Below are positions 30,041 through 39,771 of a DNA stretch of 64,000 nt, one piece after another (positions within the stretch are counted from its first letter, which is position 1; each line of letters opens with the position of its first letter). The position numbers were made by a program, and so were the translations under genes. Source of the DNA: an uncultured Acidobacteriota bacterium. GTDB taxonomy: Bacteria > Acidobacteriota > UBA6911. Under the pieces are notes generated by a model that worked only from the letters and a program-made list of their open reading frames with translations, was not told the DNA's origin and did no database searches. The stretch lies in the NCBI GenBank assembly GCA_963809485.1, contig CAWEJX010000014.1, positions 1-64,000 of the forward strand, given 5' to 3'.

Positions 30041-31969
30041 ATGCGTTTTCGCCTCATCCTTCTTCTCGCTGCAGCTCTGTCAAACAGCACATTTTTAATA
30101 CAGGCCGAAGGCAGCCTGACGTCGGTTCGCTTTGAACGGATCGGCCCATTCGGGGGTGATGTCCGTTCTTTGCTCCTCGACGTTCAAAGGCCGGACATTG
30201 CCTATCTGGGAACCAGCAACGGCAGGATCTTCAAATCCTCCGACTCGGGCGACTCCTGGAAAGCTTTATCGCCGGGAATCGGGTCCCGCGAATATGTCAT
30301 TGACACCCTGGTTCAACACCCTACTGATCGGGAGCATATTTACGCCGGCGCATGGGACCTGCATTCGGAGGGAGGCGGACTGTTCCAATCCCGCGATGGC
30401 GGACTGAAATGGTCCCGGATGATGATCTCGCAGTCGCCTTCGGCCGTAAGGGGATTTGCGATCTGCAAAAGCGCTCCCGACCGGATGATTGTCGGAACGT
30501 TGATGGGGGCCTATGTCAGCGCCGATGGCGGCCAGGTCTGGAAAAAGGTCGGCGCCGGTGTATTTCAGAAAGTTGAATCCGTGGCCATCGATCCGGCCGA
30601 CGGCAGCATCCTTTATGTGGGAACCTGGCGGCTCGGATACAAGTCGACGGACTTCGGCAAAACCTGGAGCCTCATGGCAAAAGGAATGCCACTTGATTCG
30701 GACCTTTTTTCCATTTCGATCAACCCGCAAAATCCGGAAATCATTTACTCGAGCGCCTGCTCGGGTGTTTACCGTTCTGCCAACCGGGCGCAATCATGGG
30801 CCCGTCTTAAAATTCTGCCGGACCGCTTTACTATAAGAGCCCACATCATCCATGTAGATCCTGTAAATCCCCGCAGGATATACAGCGGCACGACGGAAGG
30901 ACTGTACGTCAGCGACAACGAAGGCAAAACGTGGCAGCGCCTGACATCCAAAGATGTCACGGTGAATGCGATACAGGTGGACAGCAGCGATAATCGGCGC
31001 ATCCTCATGGGCACGGAGTACCAGGGCCTTCTGTCGAGCAGGGATGGAGGGCGGACCTGGAAGGAATCCAATACGGGCTTTATAAATAAGCGCGTTTCCT
31101 GGCTGATCCCGGATCCTCAGGCGCCCGATAAATTTCTGGCCGGCGTTTCGTCCGGCGCAGGCGGCCTGTACCAATACGACAACTCGGCCGGCAATTGGGC
31201 GCTTTCGCAGATCGTGCCGGGCATGCGGATTCTGTGTTTTCTGGTTCTGCCTGAGAACCGCGGGAGCCTTGCGGGCACCTCTCAGGGATTATACTGGCGG
31301 CCTGGGGGATCGGACCGCTGGAAAAAGCTGGACGGCTCCATTGCAAAGCGCACGATTTACAGCCTCGCCCTGGATCAGGCAAGCACGGTTGTATATGCGG
31401 GCACGGACCGGGGTATTTTCCGGACCTCTCTGGAAGCGCTCAACTTCAGGCTGCCCCCGGGCTATCGGCTGAGCCCGCAGGCATGGAATATCTATACTCC
31501 CAAAAATGTGCCCGGAACCGTATATGCCGGAACAAGCCTGGGACTGCTGCGGTCCTGGGATAAGGGCACGACCTGGAATGTGATTTCGGCGTACGGCCTG
31601 CCTTCGAATGCGACACTGGACGCCATTGCCGTGTCTCCGTCCAACAAGGATCATTTATTTGCAGGCACCTCAGCCGGCCTTTTCGAGTCGATAAACGGCG
31701 GAGTGCACTGGCGGCAGGCGGGCGACGGAAGAATGGGCGTGGCCATTTCATCGGTTGTTTTTATGGATGAGTCCGGCGATGCCATCCTGGCTGCCGATAA
31801 AACGGCAGGCGGCCTTTTCTATTCAAAAACCGGCGGTCAGACGTGGGAAAAAATTGCCGATCCTTCCTGTGAATCGCCCATTTATTGCCTCGTAAAAGAT
31901 CCGCAGAAACCTTCCGTCCTCTACATGGGCACACGCACGGATGGAGTGTACCGGCTTGAGCTGCACTAA
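30041..31969 (+). CDS. Secreted BNR/Asp-box beta-propeller (VPS10/Ycf48-like) protein
   Basis: Many S.DGG.TW Asp-boxes; GPFGGDVRSL N-terminus. Confidence 0.85.
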   Translation: MRFRLILLLAAALSNSTFLIQAEGSLTSVRFERIGPFGGDVRSLLLDVQRPDIAYLGTSNGRIFKSSDSGDSWKALSPGIGSREYVIDTLVQHPTDREHIYAGAWDLHSEGGGLFQSRDGGLKWSRMMISQSPSAVRGFAICKSAPDRMIVGTLMGAYVSADGGQVWKKVGAGVFQKVESVAIDPADGSILYVGTWRLGYKSTDFGKTWSLMAKGMPLDSDLFSISINPQNPEIIYSSACSGVYRSANRAQSWARLKILPDRFTIRAHIIHVDPVNPRRIYSGTTEGLYVSDNEGKTWQRLTSKDVTVNAIQVDSSDNRRILMGTEYQGLLSSRDGGRTWKESNTGFINKRVSWLIPDPQAPDKFLAGVSSGAGGLYQYDNSAGNWALSQIVPGMRILCFLVLPENRGSLAGTSQGLYWRPGGSDRWKKLDGSIAKRTIYSLALDQASTVVYAGTDRGIFRTSLEALNFRLPPGYRLSPQAWNIYTPKNVPGTVYAGTSLGLLRSWDKGTTWNVISAYGLPSNATLDAIAVSPSNKDHLFAGTSAGLFESINGGVHWRQAGDGRMGVAISSVVFMDESGDAILAADKTAGGLFYSKTGGQTWEKIADPSCESPIYCLVKDPQKPSVLYMGTRTDGVYRLELH

Positions 31970-32103
31970 ATCAGCCGTTGAACCATCTCTTTCCGCAGCA
32001 TGCGAGCTGCAGCATTCCAATCCTTACGTTTAAGCTGAATTTCATGCAAGATCCTCTTATTGATTGGGTGCCCCGCCGGCTCTTTCGGTGATTCGGTGTC
32101 CGT

Positions 32104-32144
32104 GAATATCGAATGTCGAATTTCGAATATCGAACCGCAGAAGT
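32104..32144. repeat. GAATnTC heptamer tandem repeat plus GAACCGCAGAA
   Basis: GAATATC GAATGTC GAATTTC GAATATC GAACCGCAGAAGT. Confidence 0.85.
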
Positions 32145-32175
32145 TTGGCCGGACTTTGAAATCTATTATTCTAAT

Positions 32176-32445
32176 TACATTGGTAAAGCCCCGGCTCTGC
32201 CGGGGGACTCAAAGAGTTTGACAGTTCCGTATTTTGAAACGCTGAGAAACGCTGATAAAAGCGCTGACAAACGCCGATTTGTTCGGCGAGGGTCGGCAAG
32301 CAAAAGCCGATGAGGCGATCCGCGCTGGCCCCTTGCGGGGATCGGAAGCGCCTCATCGGCTTTTGCCCGCGTAAGTCAGCGTTCAAGACCGGCGTAACTT
32401 CTGCAACCGCTTTGAGCGGTTCAAATCTTTCAAGCCGGCTTTGCC
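32176..32445 (+). mobile_element. Non-autonomous IS200/IS605-like element, copy B (nested 18-bp inverted repeat insert, damaged right end)
   Basis: TAAT|TACATTGGTAAAGCCCCGGCTCTGCCGGGGGACTC... ; right hairpin reduced to CAAGCCGGCTTTGCC. Confidence 0.85.
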
Positions 32446-32645
32446 TCCCATAAGTTGCACTGATGCCCGTTGGAAAGGCCGGCAACTGTAAAACCCGGCT
32501 CTGCCGGAGAATGCTCACCCCGCCTTTGCGCTGAAGGTGCGAACGTTCGACGTTCATGGCGCCCACACAATTTGATATGATTGCCGTAGGTTGACGTCTA
32601 TAGGGATATGCAGGCCGGCTGTCTGGCAATTCTGCAGAGGTTTTC

Positions 32646-35426
32646 ATGAACTGCAAGTCTGGGATCTGGAAGCGGATGATATTCGCCATTCTGCTTTCGC
32701 TTTGCATAGGCACAGCGCAGGTGCGGCAAGCCCCGAAGCGAACTGCGCCTGCCCGCTCCGCCCCTTTTCTGCAGCAGGCAAAATCCTATGAGGAAACGCC
32801 CTATGTTACCAGGGTCGTGCTGAAAAACGGCATGACGGTCCTGGTTAACGAGTTCAGGCCGCAGCCGGTTGTCTCAATTCAAGCCTATATCGGGACCGGA
32901 TTCCTAGATGAACCGGCAAAATTCCCGGGAATCGCCCGGCTTGTTGCAGCCATGGTGTGCAGAGGTTCTCCGGACAAGATCAAAGGCTCGCTCCGGCAGA
33001 ATGTGCAGGCCCTGGGCGGTCTCCTGAATTGCTCGACCGATTACGGGAACACCGTATTTGAAATCGTGGCTCCGTCATCCCAATGGAAAAGGGCCTTAAG
33101 CGTTCAAGCGGATTCCCTTTCCAATCCCGTCTTCGCGCAGGAAGCCATAAGCCTCGAAGCTGGATTGCTGGCGGGCGAGGCGGCGGGGGCAATGGACAAT
33201 CCGCGCAAGCTTGCCTCCGCGAAACTGCTGGAATTGGGCTTTGATCAGCCGCGGATGAATCCGTGGGCGGGTCTTACCCGGGCTTCTTTGCTCAACCTGA
33301 AGCCGGAGGACCTGTCGGCTTTCCATAAGGCTGCCTACTCGCCCGAACGGATCATGCTGGTGATCGCCGGAGATGTCAGTTCCAGCGAGGTCCTGAACGA
33401 AGTGGTGCGGATCTATGATCAAAAGCCTGCGCCTGTCGCCTTGAGACCCTCGCCTTCGTTCATTCCGGGAGCTCCGGGAAGCTTCCGCTACGCCCGGATG
33501 GCGGGAGCATCGGCAATGCCCCAACTGCTTTTCGGATTTCAAACCGTCCCGGGCAATTCCCGGGAATTTCCGGCTGTGAAGGTTCTGAGCGCCATCCTGG
33601 GAATGGGAGAAAATTCCATCCTTGCGGCGCGGCTGAGAGACCGGAAGCGGCTGATCCTGGAAGAAGAAATAAACCTCACGGCGCATCCCAACTTCGGATA
33701 CCTGACGATACGCCTGACGGTACAGCCCGAGGATATCGACCGCGCCGAAATTGCGGCATTGACCGAACTGGAATTGCTGAAGCGGGAGGAGCCGGACGCG
33801 GCCGAAATGGAGAGGGCATTCGCCCAACTGGAGCGCGCTTTCTGGACCAGCCTGGACTGTGTGACCGGAAGAGCCCTTGCCCTGGCCCATTTCCAGTCGA
33901 TGGGAGACTGGAAGCTCAAGGACCGATACATCTCCGACCTCCGGCAGGTTAAACCCGGCGATGTCATGCGTGCAGCCGGCAAGTACCTGCGCCTGGAAAA
34001 CTGCTCTCTGATTGAAGTCCTTCCCGCCGGCGCAGAAGATCGCAAGCTCACGACGGAGGGAATCCGGAACACGCTGGAAGGCCTTATTGCTCCATCCGCC
34101 GAACAGGAAAAACTCGAACGGGATAAAGAGATCGTTCTTGCGGTGAATATTCCCCCAAGCACAGGCAGTTTCAAATTCAATGAGATACGTTATCCGTTTA
34201 TAACGGCTTCCATATTGCGCGGGCCCGACATGTATGTTCGCGAAGACCACACGAGCCCGCTGATCGATATGGGCATTTTCCTGCCCGGAGGCGTACCGGA
34301 TGAGGATGAGGGGAATTCGGGTGTCACGAGCCTGATGGCACGCCTGATGATTCGTGGCGCCAAAGACCAGTCTGCTTCCCGGTTTCTGCGTCAGATGGAG
34401 GTCTATGGCGGTCAGGTTCAGCCGGTCATAACCCCGGATTATTTCGGTCTCCATTTCTCAATACTGTCCAGGAATTTCGAGCCGGGACTGAAACTGCTGC
34501 TGGAGTCGATACGAAATCCCGCCTTTGACAATGAGGAGATCGTTCTTCAGAAGAGGATACAATCCGCGAAGATCCGCAATCGAGCCGATTCCACGGCTGG
34601 TGTGCGGGAGCTTATGAATCAGGCTTTGTTCGGGAACTCCCACTACTCTTCGAGTGTCGAGGGGAGCGAGGGGAGCCTGGCCGCAATCACTCCCGCAGCA
34701 ATCCAGAGCTGGTATGAGTCTCATGTAAGAAACCGCAAGCCCATCGCTATCGCCATCGGTGACACGCAGGGAGCAAGCCTGGCTTCCTACTTTGTTCGTC
34801 CTTTCAGCGGAACCCGAATGCAGAATGCCAGGATCCCCGAAGAATTCGCCAAACCTGTGGAAAAAGCAGAATCCCTGGACAGAGGGTGGGACAGGAACCA
34901 TAGCCTGATTTTGGTTGGATTCCAGGCTCCCCCGGAGGATGATGAGGACGGAAATGCAGCCGCCGTTTTGGAAAGCTTTGCCGGGGATCCGGGAAGGTTT
35001 GCGCAGGAGTTGAGGGACAGGCTGGGCCTCGCCTTCAAGGTCGCCGTGACCTATGATGCGCAGCTGAGAGGCGGAAGCATGGTGTTAAGTGCGGCCACAG
35101 CTCCCGGAAACGAGGACGCTCTGCTCAAGGCTGTTCAGGAGGAAATACGCCGTATCCGGGAGGACCCGATCCCATACCGCGAATACCGGTCGGCTGTGAA
35201 TGCTGCAGCCGGCGCCTTCTGGATCCGGAGCCAGGCGCGATTTCAGCAGATACCGGATATTCTGAAAAAACTGTTGGCCGGCAAAGGCATGGACGCGTAT
35301 CAGAACGTGCCCGCCGGCATTCAGGAAGTGCAGGAAGAGGACCTGAAGGAAGTTGCCCAAAGGATCCTCAACATGAACAGGGCCGTAATTCTGCGCATGA
35401 AGGGGCGATCCGGCATAAATCCCTGA
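32646..35426 (+). CDS. M16 (pitrilysin/insulinase) family protein, fused two-half type, lacking the HXXEH motif
   Basis: LKNGMTV, GIARLVAAMVCRGS at the HXXEH position, Y.PERIMLVIAGD, LRDRLGLAF. Confidence 0.85.
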   Translation: MNCKSGIWKRMIFAILLSLCIGTAQVRQAPKRTAPARSAPFLQQAKSYEETPYVTRVVLKNGMTVLVNEFRPQPVVSIQAYIGTGFLDEPAKFPGIARLVAAMVCRGSPDKIKGSLRQNVQALGGLLNCSTDYGNTVFEIVAPSSQWKRALSVQADSLSNPVFAQEAISLEAGLLAGEAAGAMDNPRKLASAKLLELGFDQPRMNPWAGLTRASLLNLKPEDLSAFHKAAYSPERIMLVIAGDVSSSEVLNEVVRIYDQKPAPVALRPSPSFIPGAPGSFRYARMAGASAMPQLLFGFQTVPGNSREFPAVKVLSAILGMGENSILAARLRDRKRLILEEEINLTAHPNFGYLTIRLTVQPEDIDRAEIAALTELELLKREEPDAAEMERAFAQLERAFWTSLDCVTGRALALAHFQSMGDWKLKDRYISDLRQVKPGDVMRAAGKYLRLENCSLIEVLPAGAEDRKLTTEGIRNTLEGLIAPSAEQEKLERDKEIVLAVNIPPSTGSFKFNEIRYPFITASILRGPDMYVREDHTSPLIDMGIFLPGGVPDEDEGNSGVTSLMARLMIRGAKDQSASRFLRQMEVYGGQVQPVITPDYFGLHFSILSRNFEPGLKLLLESIRNPAFDNEEIVLQKRIQSAKIRNRADSTAGVRELMNQALFGNSHYSSSVEGSEGSLAAITPAAIQSWYESHVRNRKPIAIAIGDTQGASLASYFVRPFSGTRMQNARIPEEFAKPVEKAESLDRGWDRNHSLILVGFQAPPEDDEDGNAAAVLESFAGDPGRFAQELRDRLGLAFKVAVTYDAQLRGGSMVLSAATAPGNEDALLKAVQEEIRRIREDPIPYREYRSAVNAAAGAFWIRSQARFQQIPDILKKLLAGKGMDAYQNVPAGIQEVQEEDLKEVAQRILNMNRAVILRMKGRSGINP

Positions 35427-35618
35427 TCCGGTATTTGCAATGCTGCCTCAAACCGTCATAAGACAAAAGGACGCCTGAATATGTATTTCCGGGGGCCCGA
35501 ACGCCGTATTTATAGGGTGCGCGCGAAGCAGACGAAGGAGAGACCGGTTTCGGGATATGATCAGGATGCGTCTGCCGGCTGCAGCTGCGCCGCAAAGCCC
35601 ATGCGCCAGGAGGGGTAA

Positions 35619-37700
35619 GTGCAACGGCTCATCCCGAAAACACGGATGGGAATTTTTGCATTGATCGTGGCCGCATTGTGGCTTCTCGGATTGTTTTTCA
35701 GCGGCACCGGAATCGCCAATGCATCGCCGGTCCTCAGCTTTTTTCTAAGCCTGCTCGCTTTTCTTCTTTGTATTCCCGCCGTTTACTACCTCTGGAAGCT
35801 CTCCAGGTTTTTGCGCCGAAGATTTCTGTGGAAGATCCGGCGCCGCCTGATACTCGTTCATGTTTTTATCGGAGCGATCCCGATACTTTTGATAATCGGC
35901 ATCTTCTATGTCTCGGCGCTTCTGTTCTACTATCAGTTGAGCTATTACCTGATTTCCAATCAGATCGGGATCCATGCAGCGCAAATCCATGCCTTCAATC
36001 TGTCCCTCAGGGACGGGCTGGATGAACTGCTGGCTTCGGCATCCTCCCCCAACCCTTCAAGCCTGAGAAGGCAGCTGGATGCGGATGTCAAATATGTTTT
36101 GGGAGCCTACCCCTCTGCGTCGGTCATCCTCCGATACACAGATCCGGCAACGGATAAAGTGAGTACCTATGTCAATCAGAGCGGGGGCGGCGGGCAGCTC
36201 GGGGAATACCAGGTTCCCAGATGGCTGGCCGGCAGAGAATTCAGCGGACTCGCTCTCGAAGACCTGCAGCCACAGCTCTATAAAGGAAAACTGTTTCTCA
36301 GGAGCTTCGTTTCCAGCGATTTCCGGCCCGATCTGCCGTTCAGCCTCGAGGTCTCGGTCCCCTTTGACCGGTACCTTCTGGGCAGGCTGAAAGCGGCTTT
36401 GGGACAGGACTATGTTTTGGCCGGTCAGGTCCGGGATAGCGGAAGGAACCTCATGCTTCAGAACGCGGACCAGCTCAGAGAAAACATCGTCGATTCAACC
36501 TTCGAACCTGAAACCAGGGGCCTTGTCTCCAGTCCCGTGTGGTCCATACTGCTTTTTCCCACATCCTGGACCAGCGGGATGGAAACAAGTGCCGATTCGG
36601 ACGTGCTTCTCGTAGAACTGTCGACCTCGAAGCTTATGCAGAATGTTTTCCGCCCCGAAAGCAGCGTCGGAAAAATCATACTGGGCGTTTTGAAGACCGT
36701 CGTCGTGTTTTTCCTTGTCGTAGAGATCATTTCGATAGTGCTGGGCATTGTGCTCACGAAGTCGATCACCAATGCCGTTCACAGCCTGGACCGCGGAACC
36801 GAGTTTTTGAAGCGGGGCGATTTCAGCCAGCGCATCGTAGTCAGGTCCGACGACCAGCTCGGTTCACTCGCGGATTCTTTCAACCAGATGACGGAATATA
36901 TTCAGCGCCTTGTGAAGGAAAGCGTCCAGAAAGAGCGGCTGGAGCGCGAGCTCGAAATCGCTAAAGACGTTCAGGAGCGGCTCTTCCCGGACAGTGCGCC
37001 CCAAATGGATCGGATGGATATTGCCGGCATTTGCCTGCCCGCCAGAATCGTCAGCGGCGATTATTACGACTTTTTGACCCTCGGATCCCATGAACTGGGC
37101 CTTGCCGTCGGCGACATCTGCGGCAAGGGCATATCGGCCGCTTTGCTCATGGCGAACCTGCAGGCCACCCTCAGAAGCAATGTCATGAACCTGCGGTCGG
37201 TAGACATGGGCGAAGACAGAACCGTCGCGGGAGTCGTGGAGAGGCTGAACCGGCAGATCTACAGCTTCACGGCGGCCAACAAGTTCGCGTCCTTTTTCTA
37301 TGCCGTCTATGACGACGTCCGTCAGACGCTGACCTACTGCAATGCCGGCCACAATCCTCCTTTGTATTTCAACGGGAATCGTGTTCGGCGCCTGGATACG
37401 GGCGGCACGGTAGTCGGGATCTTCGAGGACGCTCAATACGACCAGGAAACCATTCAAATGAAAAAGGGGGACCTTTTCCTCGCTTACACCGACGGAATCG
37501 TGGAATGCGTCAACGAATACGGGGAGGAATTCGGGGAGCGCCGCCTGATACAGTTGATCGAGGATAACCGCCACCTGGAGGCCGCAAACATTAAGGATAA
37601 AATCGTCGAGCAGGTGCAATCCTGGACGTTCGCGGAGGAACGGGAAGATGATATGACCCTAATTGTGGCAAGAATAGTTGATTTAAGAATAAATACATGA
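35619..37700 (+). CDS. Membrane HAMP + PP2C/SpoIIE (RsbU-like) phosphatase
   Basis: TM helices, HAMP (DQLGSLADSFNQM), ELEIAKDVQ, VSGDYYD, GDICGKG, CNAGHNPP, YTDG, DDMT. Confidence 0.93.
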   Translation: MQRLIPKTRMGIFALIVAALWLLGLFFSGTGIANASPVLSFFLSLLAFLLCIPAVYYLWKLSRFLRRRFLWKIRRRLILVHVFIGAIPILLIIGIFYVSALLFYYQLSYYLISNQIGIHAAQIHAFNLSLRDGLDELLASASSPNPSSLRRQLDADVKYVLGAYPSASVILRYTDPATDKVSTYVNQSGGGGQLGEYQVPRWLAGREFSGLALEDLQPQLYKGKLFLRSFVSSDFRPDLPFSLEVSVPFDRYLLGRLKAALGQDYVLAGQVRDSGRNLMLQNADQLRENIVDSTFEPETRGLVSSPVWSILLFPTSWTSGMETSADSDVLLVELSTSKLMQNVFRPESSVGKIILGVLKTVVVFFLVVEIISIVLGIVLTKSITNAVHSLDRGTEFLKRGDFSQRIVVRSDDQLGSLADSFNQMTEYIQRLVKESVQKERLERELEIAKDVQERLFPDSAPQMDRMDIAGICLPARIVSGDYYDFLTLGSHELGLAVGDICGKGISAALLMANLQATLRSNVMNLRSVDMGEDRTVAGVVERLNRQIYSFTAANKFASFFYAVYDDVRQTLTYCNAGHNPPLYFNGNRVRRLDTGGTVVGIFEDAQYDQETIQMKKGDLFLAYTDGIVECVNEYGEEFGERRLIQLIEDNRHLEAANIKDKIVEQVQSWTFAEEREDDMTLIVARIVDLRINT

Positions 37701-37774
37701 AATATTGAAAGTAATACATTAGCTATTTGAACGCGGCGGGAATGGCTTGACGCACGATATTTTTAGGACATAAT

Positions 37775-38009
37775 TACATCGGTAAAGCCCGGCTCTGCCG
37801 GGGGACTCAAAGAGTTTGACAGCTCCGTATTTTGAAACGCTGACGTACGCTGACATGACGCTGACGTACGCTGAAAAAATATATAAATTTTTGTCGGCGT
37901 GGGTCGGCGTTCGTTCAGCGTGCGTCAGCGTTCAAGACCGGCGTAACTCCTCCAACCGCTTTGAGCGGTTCAAATCTTTCAGCCTCCGGTTTTGCCGAAG
38001 GTGCCTGAC
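37775..38009 (+). mobile_element. Non-autonomous IS200/IS605-like element, copy C
   Basis: TAAT target, both terminal hairpins, ends CCTGAC. Confidence 0.87.
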
Positions 38010-38077
38010 TTCTAATTTACCCCGGGATGGGTATTCCCGGTTTTCAGGCCCGGAATTTTGAGTCTCGAATCGCTTTT

Positions 38078-38659
38078 ATGACACAGCGCCCTTTTTTTTT
38101 CACAACCTTCGAGATCAGCCAAATCTGCGGCGTAAATCCGACGACGGTGCAGAACTGGATCAAGAGCAAAAAACTCAGGGCATTCCGCACTCCCGGAGGG
38201 CACAGGAGAGTGCGCCGGGAAGAGCTGATACAGTTCCTAAAGGAGTTCGGCATGCCGCTCCCGCTGGAGCTTGCCGCAGAGAAGCTGCGGATCATGGTGG
38301 TGGACGATGAAAGGGATGTTGCGGACCTGCTGGAGGCCCTGATGCGCTCCGGGAGCAGGGATGTGGATGTGGTGAAGGTTCAAAACGGGATCGAGGCTCT
38401 CCTGATGATCGGGGAATCCAGTCCCGACCTGCTGATCCTGGACATCAGGATGCCCGGAATGAACGGATACGAGGTTTGCCGGAAACTCAAAACCAGCGCC
38501 AACACGCGGAGCATCAAGATCGTGGCGATCAGCGGCGATCACGGTCCGGATGTCAGAGAGCGTATCCTGAGGGCGGGCGCGGACCTTTTTTATGCCAAAC
38601 CGCTGGATATCGCCGCATTCCGGGAGAGCTGTTTCCGGCTCCTCAATATAGGCACATAA
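38078..38659 (+). CDS. Response regulator with N-terminal excisionase/MerR-like HTH
   Basis: FTTFEISQICGVNPTTVQNWI...RTPGGHRR; receiver VVDD, LDIRMPGMNG, KP. Confidence 0.9.
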   Translation: MTQRPFFFTTFEISQICGVNPTTVQNWIKSKKLRAFRTPGGHRRVRREELIQFLKEFGMPLPLELAAEKLRIMVVDDERDVADLLEALMRSGSRDVDVVKVQNGIEALLMIGESSPDLLILDIRMPGMNGYEVCRKLKTSANTRSIKIVAISGDHGPDVRERILRAGADLFYAKPLDIAAFRESCFRLLNIGT

Positions 38660-38673
38660 TTCGGGGAATTTTT

Positions 38674-39738
38674 ATGTCGATACTCGATCAGCCTGATCTT
38701 TGCACTGCCCTCGATCCCAAATCCATGATGTCCCTTCTGCAATCCTTTCCGGAGCAGATACAGGCTGCATGGAAAGCCGGGCGGGAGATCTCACTTGCCA
38801 AACCGGTCGGCATCAGGGTGCTGATGGTGACGGGACTGGGGGGGTCCGCGATCGGAGGGGATCTTGCGCGATCGGTTTCCGGAGCGCAGTTGCGCGTTCC
38901 GCTGATCGTCAATCGCGACTACGATCTCCCGGGATTTGCGGACGCCGGTTCGCTGGTTTTCGCCTGCAGCTACTCCGGAAATACCGAAGAAACGTTGAGC
39001 GCTTATGAGCAGGCGCACCGGGCAAAGGCTTCCATAGTTTGCATCACATCCGGCGGCAAGCTGGAATCCATGGCGAAAGCGGACGGCTATCCCGTAATCT
39101 CTCTTCCCGGCGGCCTTCCTCCGCGGGCGGCACTTGGCTATTCGCTGTTCGGCCTGCTTTCCGCGATGCAGGCCCTGCAATTTATCGATAATCTGGATCA
39201 ACCCGTCGGGGAGACGCTGGCCTTATTGACCAGGCAGCGCGACAGATTCGATCCGGCCAATCCGCTGTCCACCAATCCGGCGAAGGCCCTGGCCGATGCG
39301 CTGAAGGGCAGGATCATCGCCATCTACGCTTCCAGCGGCATCATGGACGCTGCGGCTTACCGTTGGCGGTCTCAAATCGCGGAAAATGCAAAGAACCTGG
39401 CCTTTCACCATGTTCTGCCGGAAATGAATCACAACGAGCTTGTCGGTTGGAAATGCCCGGAAGAAGCGCTGCGCAATCTCGGGGTGGTGATGCTTCGCGA
39501 CCGGGAAGATCACCCGCAGGTGCAGCGAAGATTCGAGCTGACCGGGGAATTGATCGCTGAAAGGGCCGGCGTTTTGCGCGAAGTCTGGAGCGAGGGGGAT
39601 TCTCTTCTGGCGCGTGTCCTGTCCATTATTTATCTGGGCGATTACGTAAGCGTATACCTGGCCTACCTAAACAATACGGACCCGACCCCTGTACGCGTAA
39701 TCGACTATCTGAAACAAAAGCTGGGCGGACCCCGGTAG
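38674..39738 (+). CDS. Bifunctional phosphoglucose/phosphomannose isomerase (SIS-domain type)
   Basis: GLGGSAIGG, SYSGNTEET, TSGGKL, PPRAA, ENAK, PEMNHNE, DPTPV. Confidence 0.93.
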   Translation: MSILDQPDLCTALDPKSMMSLLQSFPEQIQAAWKAGREISLAKPVGIRVLMVTGLGGSAIGGDLARSVSGAQLRVPLIVNRDYDLPGFADAGSLVFACSYSGNTEETLSAYEQAHRAKASIVCITSGGKLESMAKADGYPVISLPGGLPPRAALGYSLFGLLSAMQALQFIDNLDQPVGETLALLTRQRDRFDPANPLSTNPAKALADALKGRIIAIYASSGIMDAAAYRWRSQIAENAKNLAFHHVLPEMNHNELVGWKCPEEALRNLGVVMLRDREDHPQVQRRFELTGELIAERAGVLREVWSEGDSLLARVLSIIYLGDYVSVYLAYLNNTDPTPVRVIDYLKQKLGGPR

Positions 39739-39771
39739 GATGTAGCATCCGCGGCTTCCAGGAGAACCATC

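Noticed and set aside
37816-38061. Recurrent small ORFs 'MTAPYFETL..' / 'LERFEPLKAVGG' (also 18992-19285, 19131-19469, 32113-32313, 43674-43865, 47888-48286, 55893-56084)
   Set aside because: They are translations of the repeat element. They have no RBS, and frames and ends differ between copies.
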